From: Candidatus Hydrogenedentota bacterium
GTDB taxonomy: Bacteria; Hydrogenedentota; Hydrogenedentia; Hydrogenedentales; SLHB01
Length of the DNA: 64,000 nt
Direction: 5' to 3'
NCBI GenBank assembly: GCA_963668025.2
Contig: CAXXTH010000010.1
Location: forward strand, 896,001-960,000
A program made the translations under genes and the position numbers. The notes beneath the pieces were generated by a model, which saw nothing but the letters and a program-made list of their open reading frames with translations, was not told the origin of the DNA and ran no database searches. This document shows positions 1 to 10,044 of this stretch, piece after piece; position 1 is the first letter of the stretch; the number at the start of each line of letters is the position of its first letter.

Positions 1-1
1 G

Positions 2-184
2 GCCGCATGGGTCAAATACAACTACACCGAAGACCTCTCGTTCATGCTGTATTATGCCCATCTTTTCCCGGGCGACGGCCTGACGCGGGGCTCATTCATC
101 CAATATAACGGCACCCAGTCCTCCGGCGGCACCGGTGATGAAGATGCTGACTATATATTCTGGATGACCACGTTAAAATTCTAG
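2..184 (+). CDS. 3' end of an outer-membrane beta-barrel protein (alginate-export-like), partial
   Basis: Open frame AAWVKYNYTEDLSFMLYYAHLFPGDG...DADYIFWMTTLKF*, with alternating aromatics and a C-terminal Phe typical of beta-barrels. Confidence 0.6.
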   Translation, partial: AAWVKYNYTEDLSFMLYYAHLFPGDGLTRGSFIQYNGTQSSGGTGDEDADYIFWMTTLKF

Positions 185-207
185 CGGTAACAATACGTTA
201 GATTTCT

Positions 208-246
208 AAGGGGAGGCCTCCGAGTGGATGGCCTCCCCTTCGTTTA
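208..246 (+). terminator. Rho-independent terminator-like hairpin
   Basis: AAGGGGAGGCC...GGCCTCCCCTT stem directly after the stop, followed by CGTTTA. Confidence 0.7.
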
Positions 247-614
247 TACCTGCATGCGTGATGAACTAGGCTATTTGCGTACCTGTGGCGGAATTATAGA
301 ATTTAAATCGTCTGCGTTAAGGCCCCAAGCCGGGCTAAGCTAAGTTGAACCAGATCCGATTGTTCGCTAATATAAGGAATCGCGTTTATATGCGTGTTGT
401 ATCTATTAGCCCGCGTTTTTTTAGCCTGAAAAGTGCTTGTTAACGTGGTAACCGCCGATAAATGAGATATGCCGGGGTGTGTCTCATGGTTTCTAGGAGA
501 TTTATACGGGATTGTATTCGTGGCGGCAGCGCAAGGAGAATACGGACATCTGCATGTGCATGCGCCGCGAAATACCTGCACTCAATTGTGAACCGCTGAA
601 AGGTGGCCTAAGTC

Positions 615-1442
615 ATGGATGAACGCGAAAACGGCCTCAGCGTGTATTTGGCCGAGATCTCGAAAATTCCTCTGCTATCGGCCAGTGAAGAAATCCGTTT
701 AGCCCGCCAAGCACAAGCGGGCGAAGGCGCGTCCCGCCGCAAATTGATCGTGTCGAATCTGCGCTTGGTGGTAAGCATCGCGAAAAAATATCTCTATTAT
801 GGCCTTCCATTGCAAGACCTTATCGAAGAAGGCAATCTCGGGCTCATGCGCGCCGTAGATCGCTACGATCCGGAACGTGGCTGCAAATTTTCGACATACG
901 CCACGTGGTGGATACGCCAGGCCATCACGCGTGCGCTATCTAATTATGGACGGACTGTCCGCATCCCGGTTTATGTGACGGATAACGTGGCCCGCTATAA
1001 AAAGGCCGCTGAAGAACTATATATCAAAACAGGAAAATACCCCGACACCGCTGAGATCGCCACGGTGCTGGGTATTAAAGAATCCGAAGCAAAGAAAATC
1101 CAGAGCTTTGTGTATGATGTTTTCCCCCTGGACAACATGGAATCCGCGAACGATGATGACGGGCGGGGGATACCCGAAAGCGCGGAGCCGCGCCAAATCG
1201 ATGAGGCTATCGTCCAGTTAGAACGCGACCAGGAGCTCGATCAGATTCTGATGCAGCTCACCGAACGCGAGGCGAATATTCTACGGTACCGATACGGCCT
1301 GGCGGATTCGCGCGCCCATACCCTCGAGGAAACAGGAAAGCAGTTCAATCTCACCCGCGAGCGCATTCGGCAAATTGAAAATGATGCGATGAAGCGCTTG
1401 CGGCGTTTCGTGCTCGAGAATAATAAAGATTTTGGGGGATAA
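615..1442 (+). CDS. RNA polymerase sigma-70 family factor (RpoD/RpoS-like, lacking region 1.1)
   Basis: NLRLVVSIAKKY, DLIEEGNLGL, KFSTYATWWIRQAI and TRERIRQIE motifs of regions 2 and 4. Confidence 0.93.
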   Translation: MDERENGLSVYLAEISKIPLLSASEEIRLARQAQAGEGASRRKLIVSNLRLVVSIAKKYLYYGLPLQDLIEEGNLGLMRAVDRYDPERGCKFSTYATWWIRQAITRALSNYGRTVRIPVYVTDNVARYKKAAEELYIKTGKYPDTAEIATVLGIKESEAKKIQSFVYDVFPLDNMESANDDDGRGIPESAEPRQIDEAIVQLERDQELDQILMQLTEREANILRYRYGLADSRAHTLEETGKQFNLTRERIRQIENDAMKRLRRFVLENNKDFGG

Positions 1443-1499
1443 ATCCGCGCGCCGGTGTGCCGGGATTTACATTTTAGCAAAAACAGGAGATTATCGTAC

Positions 1500-2021
1500 A
1501 TGGATTTGGCTTCACTCGTCCGTGAAATTCCCGGTTTTCCCAAGCCAGGCATCCGGTTTATGGATGTTACCACCCTCCTCAAGAATGGCCCCGCATTCCG
1601 CTACATCATAGACGGATGGAAAGAACGGTATGCGGATAAGCGACTAGACGCCATAGTAGGCGCCGAAGCCCGGGGATTCATCTTTGGCGGCGCGCTGGCC
1701 TATGCCATGGAATTGCCCTTTATCGTTGCACGCAAGCCCGGAAAGCTGCCCGCTGAAACCATCGCGGAGGAATTCGCCCTCGAATATGGCGTGGACAAGC
1801 TCGAAATGCACGTTGACGCGCTTCAGAAAGGCGCTCGTGTCGTGCTCGTGGATGATCTGCTCGCCACCGGCGGTACGATGGCCGCGATTGCCCGCCTCAC
1901 CGAACGGCTGGGGGCCGAAATCGTCGAGATGGCCTTTGTTATTGAGCTGCCTCCGCTCAAAGGCCGCGAGAAGCTAGCGCAATATCCTGTACATACGCTC
2001 ATCGAGTTTATGGTTGAATGA
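1500..2021 (+). CDS. apt: adenine phosphoribosyltransferase
   Basis: IPGFPKPGIRF, EARGF, ARKPGKLP and VDDLLATGGT PRPP motif; AGGAGA RBS before ATG 1500. Confidence 0.95.
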   Translation: MDLASLVREIPGFPKPGIRFMDVTTLLKNGPAFRYIIDGWKERYADKRLDAIVGAEARGFIFGGALAYAMELPFIVARKPGKLPAETIAEEFALEYGVDKLEMHVDALQKGARVVLVDDLLATGGTMAAIARLTERLGAEIVEMAFVIELPPLKGREKLAQYPVHTLIEFMVE

Positions 2022-2135
2022 TATATAATACTGTTTTTCTATCTTGGCTTCTGTTGGAAAATTCAACTATTTTCTGATAGTATCCATACCTTCTTGCTAT
2101 GCGCTGTAAAACAAAAAGCATGCGCATGTTCTTGC

Positions 2136-2225
2136 GGAGAGGTGGCCGAGTGGTTGAAGGCGGCGGCCTCGAAAGCCGTTGTACCGCTTGCGGTACCCCG
2201 GGTTCGAATCCCGGCCTCTCCGCCA
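2136..2225 (+). tRNA. tRNA-Ser(CGA)
   Basis: GGAGAGG acceptor, GCGGC-CT-CGA-AA-GCCGT anticodon arm, long variable arm, GGTTCGAATCC, encoded CCA. Confidence 0.96.
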
Positions 2226-2380
2226 GCGTTTTTCTTTCCTAAACCTCCCCCAGCGCTTCTACCGCCAGAAACAGAGAGTAATGGCGTATATCGAATTATA
2301 GAGACCGCCGGGTTAAGAATGAGATAGGAATGAAGGCGAACGGGCATGGGCGAATGCGGCGATGATGCGCCGCGCTTAAA

Positions 2381-2788
2381 TCATTCCACCGGTTCGACAG
2401 TGATAGGCGCGCCCTCTTGCACGCTGGCCAGTACGTGAGGATCCCCTTCGAGCCGGCCCAAAACGTTCACAGCCGTCACAAGGCGGCATTCTTTGCCCGT
2501 CGAGATGGGCGTGGGGCCGTAGGGAAGGGCGAGTGACGAGCCTTGCACCCAGAAGCAGATGGTTCCCTGCGGCACTACTTGCTGGGGGCGGGCATCGAGC
2601 GTGGTTTGCACGGGAAGGCTAAAATAGACCTCTTGGCCCCAGGTATGGGCTTCAGCGGTATGCGGCGGCATTTCATATACTGCCCGGCTGCTGGGAGTGT
2701 CGTCCAACTGCCCATATATCTCGCCACCAGCCCACGAAATGCGTATACGCACACCATTCCCCTTTTGCGCACCCGTCCTGTGCGCCAT
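2381..2788 (-). CDS. cyclophilin-like fold protein (TM1367-like)
   Basis: TWGQEVYF, GTICFW, LPYGPTPIS and AVNVLGRL motifs; start uncertain. Confidence 0.75.
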   Translation of the reverse strand: MAHRTGAQKGNGVRIRISWAGGEIYGQLDDTPSSRAVYEMPPHTAEAHTWGQEVYFSLPVQTTLDARPQQVVPQGTICFWVQGSSLALPYGPTPISTGKECRLVTAVNVLGRLEGDPHVLASVQEGAPITVEPVE

Positions 2789-2840
2789 ATCTTCGACCCT
2801 TTTGCCCCTATTCTTCTGGGCAAGAAGCATTCAACCCACT

Positions 2841-3149
2841 TCAGTCCGTTTGGGCGAAATCCATCCAGCAGCCATGAAGCCATCGGGTAGGGGCGATGCC
2901 GGCGTTACGCACGATATGTACGGTTTCAGCAGGAATGACTAGTTCTTCGCCGATTTCCGGATGGATGATCTCGCCATTCATCTCGACCTCGATCTCTCCT
3001 TCGAGGACGAGAAACAGTTCATCCGTTTCATGTATGCAATCAGACCATTCGTGGCCGGGTACATCCTCCCACAATTCACAACTAAACCCACGGCGATTCC
3101 AAGCGCTGGCGATTGATTGTGGGTTAATGCTTGTCGAAACCGTATTCAT
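2841..3149 (-). CDS. cupin domain protein
   Basis: HETDELFLVLEGEIEV...GEELVIPAETVH cupin motifs; start uncertain. Confidence 0.8.
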   Translation of the reverse strand: MNTVSTSINPQSIASAWNRRGFSCELWEDVPGHEWSDCIHETDELFLVLEGEIEVEMNGEIIHPEIGEELVIPAETVHIVRNAGIAPTRWLHGCWMDFAQTD

Positions 3150-3657
3150 TAAACTCAATCCTACGTTTCGGCTCATCTCTAAAAGCATGGCCTTTTCAAC
3201 GGAGTATACGGAATTCACGCCCGGGAATCCCGTTCCAATATACGAATTGTACACGAAAGAAGGGATTTTCGCAAGAAAATGGTATAAAGAGAATTTAGAA
3301 TTTTAATTATTTATAAAGCCCCTATTCCGCGCCTGTGTTGATATCAATTGTCTTGAACGTCCATTTTGCGCAATATTTATATACTCGAATGATCGAGGCC
3401 GCCATCCCGCTTCAAGCAAATCTTCCTCCATCCATACTACCATAGGTTCCATCATTTGTTTCAAATTCATCATTGCACCACTATAATTTGTATATGGCTT
3501 CAAAAATCACCTTATTTCTTTCTGTCATATATCGTGAATTATCGTATAAAATAGCTGGCCCTTTGTTTCGCGTTGAAATCCTGGCACAAGCTGGACTACT
3601 CTTAGGGCCAGTAGGCTTGCAGCCAATGACCTCATGAAGCGTTGAAACAGAAAGCCG

Positions 3658-4281
3658 TTGGAATCGAGGAGAACGCCGTTGCAGAAACTAGTGCTGATCT
3701 GCGAGTGCGGCGAACGAATGCAGGTGCCCCGCTCGGCAATTGGCCGCTATGGCCTTTGTCCTTCTTGCGGGCGAAAAATTCAAGTGCGCACGGACAATAC
3801 CCGCCCCGTATCACGCATGGGTTCTTTCCGTTCGGAAGCCCGCCCGCGCGCCAGCGGAAATGGCCCCTCAGAAGAAGATAAGCTCCGGTTTGGCAAAGCG
3901 GTGGATCTGTATGTGCTCAAGCGCTATGGCGAGGCTCTAGCTGTTTTTAATGCGTTGCAGGAAAGCTATCCCGGCAACACGGAAGTGGAAAATGCCCGCG
4001 CCTTGTGTGCAAAGGCGCTTATGCGGCAGCCTACGCTCGCCCTGGAAGACAAGCGGAAACCCGCCGAGGGCGAAAAACTCGATGCGCGGTTCGTGCGCAA
4101 TTTTATCATGGACATGATGCTCAATGGCTCATCCGAGAAGGTGCAGCTTCAGGCCGCCGAATTGGCTTGCCGTATACTCGGTTTGCTAGGGCAGCATCGC
4201 GGCGACAAGAATTGGGATACGGAGAATTACGAGATGCTCAGCGATCCCGAGATTCCCGCGGAATGCACGCAACCGGGCTGA
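3658..4281 (+). CDS. hypothetical protein with N-terminal Zn ribbon and TPR-like helix pair
   Basis: CECG...CPSCG, then AVDLYVLKRYGEALAVFNALQESYPGN. Confidence 0.65.
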   Translation: MESRRTPLQKLVLICECGERMQVPRSAIGRYGLCPSCGRKIQVRTDNTRPVSRMGSFRSEARPRASGNGPSEEDKLRFGKAVDLYVLKRYGEALAVFNALQESYPGNTEVENARALCAKALMRQPTLALEDKRKPAEGEKLDARFVRNFIMDMMLNGSSEKVQLQAAELACRILGLLGQHRGDKNWDTENYEMLSDPEIPAECTQPG

Positions 4282-4331
4282 CTTTTGGGGCCGCATATAA
4301 CATAAGATGCGCAACGCATAAAGAATCCGGT

Positions 4332-5495
4332 ATGAAGCCCATACGCATCGCCATAGACGTGAGTCCCGTCATGGACCGGCCCCTTACGGGGGTGGGCTAC
4401 CGCGTGTTGTATAAAATCAGCGCGCTTCTATCCCGGAATGATGGTTTTGACATCCGCCTGTTTGCGGCCCGTTCGAGGCGTGTCCAGGCATCGGAGTTCC
4501 CTTTCGACAACGGATTCACCCGGAAATGCATTGTGCCAGGATTCCGGCGTCTGAAGAATCTCCTATGGCCTGCGGCCGAGTGGCCGCCCATCGAATGGTT
4601 TTGCGGCGAGGTGGACCTTGCACATGGGCTGTTTCATGATTTGCCGCCTGCGCGGAACGCGCTCCGGCTCGCCACCATCCACGATTTGTCGTTTTTCATT
4701 CACCCGGAGACGCATACCGCTGAGACGATTCAGCGCCAAACCCGCCTGATCCGCCATTGCGCCCGGCGGGCGGACGCGATTATCGCCGTATCGCAGAGCT
4801 GTAAGAACGAGCTTGCGGCTAGGCTGGCGTTGCCGTCCGAGCGCATTTTCGTTGTGCCGGGCGGCGTGCGTTTGGAGGAATTTGGCGGAGCGCTGGACCA
4901 AGCGGCTTTGGACGGCCTCAAGAAACGCCTGGGCGTTGAGCGGGAATACTTCATCCATTTGGGTACGGTCGAGCCGCGCAAGAATCTGCCGCGGCTGCTT
5001 GAAGCCTACGCCCGCCTGCGCGCCCGGCGGCGTGATGCTCCCCAGCTTCTTCTGGTGGGGCATCCAGGTTGGAAATCCGAGGAGACCTTTCAAGCGATTG
5101 AACGGTTGCGTTTGGGTGGCGCGGCCATTCATGCGGGCTATCTTGGGCGCGCCGAGGCGGTGCTGCTGCTGCGTGGGGCGCGTGCATGCGTGTATCCGTC
5201 CATATATGAAGGATTTGGCTTGCCCGTACTCGAGGCCATGGCCGGGCGGACGCCGGTGCTTGCCTCGATGGACCCCGCCATCATGGAGGTGTCAGGCGGA
5301 ACGTGTCTTCATGTAGACGCTTTGAGCGTGGAGGACATCGAAACCGGCATGGATTCATTGCTGGAAGAACCGGGTGCGGCGGCTGCGCGCGCGGAATGTG
5401 CATGGCTGCGCGCACAAGGGCTTTCCTGGGAGCATAGCGCGGAAGCCCTTGCCCAAGCGTACCGGTCCATCATGAGAAAAACCAGCGGCGTGTAA
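4332..5495 (+). CDS. glycosyltransferase family 4
   Basis: TIHDL, GTVEPRKN and YPSIYEGFGLPVLEAM motifs. Confidence 0.92.
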   Translation: MKPIRIAIDVSPVMDRPLTGVGYRVLYKISALLSRNDGFDIRLFAARSRRVQASEFPFDNGFTRKCIVPGFRRLKNLLWPAAEWPPIEWFCGEVDLAHGLFHDLPPARNALRLATIHDLSFFIHPETHTAETIQRQTRLIRHCARRADAIIAVSQSCKNELAARLALPSERIFVVPGGVRLEEFGGALDQAALDGLKKRLGVEREYFIHLGTVEPRKNLPRLLEAYARLRARRRDAPQLLLVGHPGWKSEETFQAIERLRLGGAAIHAGYLGRAEAVLLLRGARACVYPSIYEGFGLPVLEAMAGRTPVLASMDPAIMEVSGGTCLHVDALSVEDIETGMDSLLEEPGAAAARAECAWLRAQGLSWEHSAEALAQAYRSIMRKTSGV

Positions 5496-7008
5496 TCCAG
5501 AGAAAAACGAGCAGCAGGCATCCGGCAGCCATGCCCGTGACGCCCAGAAAAAGGCGGCGATTGTATTGGTGGGGCGATTCTTCAGGAACCGTAGATAACG
5601 GAGCGTTTGCTTCATCTTCCCCCGCGCGTTTCACCGCTAGTGGCTCCGTGGGCGTGTTCAGTTGCGCTACCTCCACTCCGTCCGTGCCGTCCAACTCATC
5701 TTGCTCCGCTTGCGGCAGCTTCGAATCATCTGTTTGGGCATCTTCGGAGGAAGGTGTTTGTATGCCTTCACGCAATCGTTTGGCCTCCTCCAGCATTTTA
5801 GCCAGATCAGGAGTGTTTTTTACTGCCGTCTCGGCATTTTTCGCTGGTTCCTGTTCCTGTGCGGATGGTATGGATTTTTCTTGGGAAGGCTGGGCCATAT
5901 CCGTCCGGCGCAAGCTTCCCCCGCCAGCGCCACTTTGCCCTCCATCGTCTGATTGGTTTGTAATGGCAAGCATGGTGCGCCCTCCTTCGGAAGGCACTTC
6001 CTGCGCATCTGGCGAGGTGAAGGTGGTATCCACAAGCGCCAGTTCCGTGGAACCATTCGAAGCGTTTTCAGCGACGCGCACTTCCGCGATTGCTACAATG
6101 CCGGTATTCAGCGTGTTTTGATTTACGCCTGCCACCACCGCGATAACGCGCCCCGGTGTGGTGGCGTTCGCATCGATTTGCTTTCCAGATTGCGCCGCCA
6201 CCGCGCCTGCCTGGAAGCCCACCCAATCTAGATAGACGGTATCATAGGTGAGAGCAAAATCGAGGCTCGATACAGGCGTCTGTGTATCCAAGCTGAGCAG
6301 AATCGGTATTTGGATATTTCTTCCCTCAACCTGGGCGGCGCCAAAAGAGAGGTTGCCTGCCGCGGATGCTGGCCATGAGGCCAAGAACAGGAGCAGCACC
6401 ATGCCGCAATTCTTGGGAGGCGCAAGCACGGCATGAGGCAGCAAATCGGCAAACACATGTTTATGTCCCAATGCGTAATAGCGCAAAATCTGTATGTATA
6501 GGTATATCCAGCACAATATCTTGACCGACGCTATGAAGAGGAGCACATAGTTACTCGAAGAAAGTGGGAAGCTAAGGAGCGCCCAAACCGGCACATACAG
6601 AAAAGCCACCCAAGCTAAAATGCATACATATAACATCCTAGCCAGACTGCCAAATATGGATAAACCACTATCCCGGCATCGCTGGTAGGCGTAGGCCCCA
6701 AAATAGATCGTGCAAGCCAGCGTCAGGGCATGCGGATCGCTAAGAATGGTCTTTCGGGGATCAACCAGCCCTATGAGGCGCAATTGGTCTAGCACCAGTG
6801 AAGGGAAGAGCCCCGCCACAAAAAAAGCCGCCCACAAAAAGAGGAGCGGAAATGTCCAAAGGTCTACCGATTTGGGGGAATCGTTCACGCAGGGCCTCCT
6901 GGTGGCATTGAATAGGCGCTCTTTTTCTCCAGTTGCCGCTGGGGCGTATTTGGACGCCATGTGAACATGGCTGGCGCGTTGGGAGTATTTCAACAGACCT
7001 CCCGCCAT
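5470..7008 (-). CDS. membrane protein fused to a cohesin-like domain with C-terminal anchor
   Basis: N-terminal TM helices; internal signal-like LASWPASA; cohesin-like VSSLDFALTYD...AGAVAAQSGK; C-terminal TM plus RRWFFS; true start probably downstream (about 6883). Confidence 0.6.
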   Translation of the reverse strand: MAGGLLKYSQRASHVHMASKYAPAATGEKERLFNATRRPCVNDSPKSVDLWTFPLLFLWAAFFVAGLFPSLVLDQLRLIGLVDPRKTILSDPHALTLACTIYFGAYAYQRCRDSGLSIFGSLARMLYVCILAWVAFLYVPVWALLSFPLSSSNYVLLFIASVKILCWIYLYIQILRYYALGHKHVFADLLPHAVLAPPKNCGMVLLLFLASWPASAAGNLSFGAAQVEGRNIQIPILLSLDTQTPVSSLDFALTYDTVYLDWVGFQAGAVAAQSGKQIDANATTPGRVIAVVAGVNQNTLNTGIVAIAEVRVAENASNGSTELALVDTTFTSPDAQEVPSEGGRTMLAITNQSDDGGQSGAGGGSLRRTDMAQPSQEKSIPSAQEQEPAKNAETAVKNTPDLAKMLEEAKRLREGIQTPSSEDAQTDDSKLPQAEQDELDGTDGVEVAQLNTPTEPLAVKRAGEDEANAPLSTVPEESPHQYNRRLFLGVTGMAAGCLLLVFLWITRRWFFS

Positions 7009-7097
7009 CGTGTCAAATAGGAAGGCGGAAGATTTATTAATTCGCTGGCGATGATTGTTGTATCATACTTGAAATCTCTGCAATTCAATATAAGTGA

Positions 7098-7559
7098 TCA
7101 TTTTGAACGCAGAGGCGCGGAGAACGCGGAGGCCCGCAAAGTAGAAAAAGTATAACGCTTTAGCCAACGTAAGCAGCATCTGACGACCGACGGAGGCGTC
7201 GGTCCCACACTTTTTTTAAAAGTAAGTACGGTGAGGGACCGGCGCCCTCGCCGGTCAGTCTTTGCGGAAATAGAGAAAAGAGAATTCTATATTACTATTT
7301 GTCGAAATCTTGTTTCCTTGCATGGATTTTCTATGTAAATCAATATACATCAACTCGTTAGAGACCAGATTCTCACCACGAAGAGCACGAAGAACACGAA
7401 GTAAAACGATATCAATTCTGGATTTTCATCTGTGTCATCTGCGCCATCTGTGGAAAATCTTCGTGTTCTTCGTTTCTTCATAGTGCAAAATCCGGATCTT
7501 TGGTTGCGGTTATGCTGCGGTATGATACTCTGCGTTCTTCGCACCTGCGTTGAAATGAC
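7098..7559. repeat. nested cluster of REP-like inverted repeats
   Basis: Inverted pairs 7098-7131/7528-7559, 7185-7208/7231-7256 and 7375-7401/7459-7485, plus a single copy at 7427-7454. Confidence 0.8.
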
Positions 7560-7743
7560 TCAACTTCACCAAGCCGGTGTGGTGTGAGCCTGGGCATTCC
7601 AGGTTACGCGACGATGATGCCTGCCAGTTTGGCGGAAAATGATTGGCCTTGCCCGGCGGTTAGGGAGGATTTGCCCCAGGCGCGTTTATCTGGTAGCGTG
7701 CCTTCCTGGCAACTTATTAGGTCTAGAATAAAAGGAGACGCTT

Positions 7744-8640
7744 GTGCCTTCTATTGCTTTTCAAGCTCCGTGGAATGTTTCACTGCATGGCGGCCATTCC
7801 ATGCAGTATTGCGAGCATGCGTCAAGCCTGCTGCGTGATATGCTCGATGCGGCGGTGGACAAGGGCATGGCCTTATTCGGCGTGACGGAGCATGCGTCGC
7901 GCATGGAGGCCCGGTATCTGTATCCGAGTGAAATCAAGATGGGCTGGGATATCGCCAAGGTCCAAGCCGATTTCGAGGCGTATGCCGCCGATAGCAGGGC
8001 CTTCGTGGAGGAATACGCGGGACGGCTCACCGTGCTGCGGGGATTCGAGATCGAGGTCGTGCCCGTGGATTCTTATGCGCCGTACATGCGACAGCTCCGC
8101 GAGCGGCATGGTTTCGATTACATGGTCGGCTCGGTGCATTATTTGGGTGAACACCTATTCGATATGGGTCCGGAGGAGTTGGCGCAGGCCGTAGCCCAAG
8201 CAGGCAGCCTCGAGGCCTTCGCCGTAGCGTATTACCACTCCGTGGCGGACATGCTTGACGCCCTGCGGCCCGAGGTGGTGGGCCATCTAGACGTGATCCG
8301 TAAATACTGCGCCCGTGATGCGGCCCTGGATACGCCGCCGATTCAAAAAGCGGTCGAGCGCGCCCTCGATGCGGCGCGGGCGGCGGGCTCGATTCTAGAC
8401 ATCAACACGGGGGCGTACCGGAGGGGCTTTGACGCGCCATTTCCCGCGCCCTGGATCGTGCGCATGGCCCACCGCATGGGCGTGCCGGTCTGTTTTGGCG
8501 ATGACAGCCATAGCGTGGCCGATGTGGGCTCGGGCATTCCAGAGGCGCGCGCGTATTTGCTGTCGCTGGGCGTCGAGCATGTCACGGTGTTAACCCGGGA
8601 AGAAGGTGATATCGTAAAGAAGCAGATTTCCCTGGCCTGA
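7744..8640 (+). CDS. histidinol-phosphatase, HisJ/PHP family
   Basis: SLHGGHS, GVTEH, GSVH, GHLD and GDDSH PHP metal ligands; AGGAGA RBS. Confidence 0.85.
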   Translation: MPSIAFQAPWNVSLHGGHSMQYCEHASSLLRDMLDAAVDKGMALFGVTEHASRMEARYLYPSEIKMGWDIAKVQADFEAYAADSRAFVEEYAGRLTVLRGFEIEVVPVDSYAPYMRQLRERHGFDYMVGSVHYLGEHLFDMGPEELAQAVAQAGSLEAFAVAYYHSVADMLDALRPEVVGHLDVIRKYCARDAALDTPPIQKAVERALDAARAAGSILDINTGAYRRGFDAPFPAPWIVRMAHRMGVPVCFGDDSHSVADVGSGIPEARAYLLSLGVEHVTVLTREEGDIVKKQISLA

Positions 8641-8710
8641 CCAAGGTTTGGGAATATGCGCCGCCAACAGGTGTTTCTTCCTATACCGAGGATTGTGAAG
8701 GGAGTTCGCC

Positions 8711-9319
8711 ATGCAAACACGCCGGTTGAAATCTATATGGGTGATATGCGCCATGGCGCTGGCATACCCAGCTTTTGCGGATACATATGTGATTGATGCC
8801 GTTCATTCTACGGCTATGTTCAAAATCGAGCACATGGGTGTGAGTTTTACCTACGGACGTTTTAACGACCTATCTGGCGAACTGGTTTATAACGTGAAAT
8901 CGCCAAGTGAAGGCGCTTCAATTCATATGGATGTGAAGACGGCGAGTATTGATACGGCGAGCGCCTTGCGTGATGAGCATTTGCGCGGCCAGGAATTTTT
9001 CGATGTTGAACGGTATCCAAGCATGTCTTTCAGGAGCGCATCCTGGAAACAAACCGGTGAGAAATCATTTGAACTCACAGGCGATTTTACGTTGCTCGGA
9101 GTGACGAAAACGATCAGTATTCCGGTCACTTTTGTTGGCGCGGGTAAAGGCATGAAAGGCGAAGATCGCATTGGTTTCACCACCGTTTTTCACATCAAAC
9201 GCAGTGACTACGGGATGGACAAGCTAATTGGCCCTGTGGGAGATGATGTGGAGATCACCGTTGCGCTGGAAGCCGTGCGGCAAACGGAAGCATCCGAAAC
9301 GCCGAAACCGGCGGCATGA
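8711..9319 (+). CDS. YceI family lipid/polyisoprenoid-binding protein
   Basis: Signal peptide; IDAVHS, RDEHLR, GDFTLLGVTK and IKRSDYG. Confidence 0.92.
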   Translation: MQTRRLKSIWVICAMALAYPAFADTYVIDAVHSTAMFKIEHMGVSFTYGRFNDLSGELVYNVKSPSEGASIHMDVKTASIDTASALRDEHLRGQEFFDVERYPSMSFRSASWKQTGEKSFELTGDFTLLGVTKTISIPVTFVGAGKGMKGEDRIGFTTVFHIKRSDYGMDKLIGPVGDDVEITVALEAVRQTEASETPKPAA

Positions 9320-9330
9320 CCAAGCCTGCA

Positions 9331-9978
9331 CTATTTCTGGTATTGATCCATCAAATACCGCTCTAATTCTTTCAAGGAATCAAACAGCGCATCTGGCCGC
9401 AACGCATCGAGTTCTTCACGTGGCGCATAACCATGGGTGAGCGCTAAGCTCCGCATGCCCGCCGCTTGGGCGGCCTCCACATCGAAGCGCGTGTCGCCCA
9501 CGTAGGCCATTTCCGTCGGCTTGACCCCTAGATCCGATGCGGCTTTCAGCAGAGCCTCTGGATGGGGCTTGGGATTGGAAACGTCATCGGGGCCGATCCG
9601 GGAGGCGAAAAACTCAAGGATGTCGAGATAGTCCAGCACTTTCTCTGCGTACATCCGGCGTTTTGATGTGGCGAAACCGAGTGCGATATCCGCGCCGCGC
9701 AAGGCTTCCAGCAGTTCGCGTGTTCCCGGATACAGCGAGGTGCGGGGGCCGCAGATGGGGCCATAATGCTTGCGATAGATGCGGGCGCACTCGTGGCGAT
9801 CGTGTGAGGTCATGGTGGCGATTTGGTTTTCAAGCACATTGCCGATAGTGCTCGTGATGGCGATGCGCGGCGGGCGCGGCTCGCCGATTTCGTCAAATAA
9901 GAGGTAAAAGCACTCGACAATAGCCTCGGTGCTGTCGATGAGCGTACCATCCAAATCGAAACAAACTGCTTTGATCAT
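9331..9978 (-). CDS. HAD-superfamily phosphatase (Gph/PpaX-like)
   Basis: FDLDGTL, ATSK, KPHP and VGD motifs. Confidence 0.9.
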   Translation of the reverse strand: MIKAVCFDLDGTLIDSTEAIVECFYLLFDEIGEPRPPRIAITSTIGNVLENQIATMTSHDRHECARIYRKHYGPICGPRTSLYPGTRELLEALRGADIALGFATSKRRMYAEKVLDYLDILEFFASRIGPDDVSNPKPHPEALLKAASDLGVKPTEMAYVGDTRFDVEAAQAAGMRSLALTHGYAPREELDALRPDALFDSLKELERYLMDQYQK

Positions 9979-10044
9979 AATCTGCGAGTGACGCATCCTT
10001 TCTGACACAAGTAGATGTCTGGCATACCGGAAACTATGTATAGA

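Noticed and set aside
2136-2260. tRNA-Ser as an integration site
   Set aside because: No integrase and no duplicated tRNA 3' end seen in the window
3303-3503. 66-aa ORF in an AT-rich patch
   Set aside because: No recognisable motif; more likely a divergent promoter region
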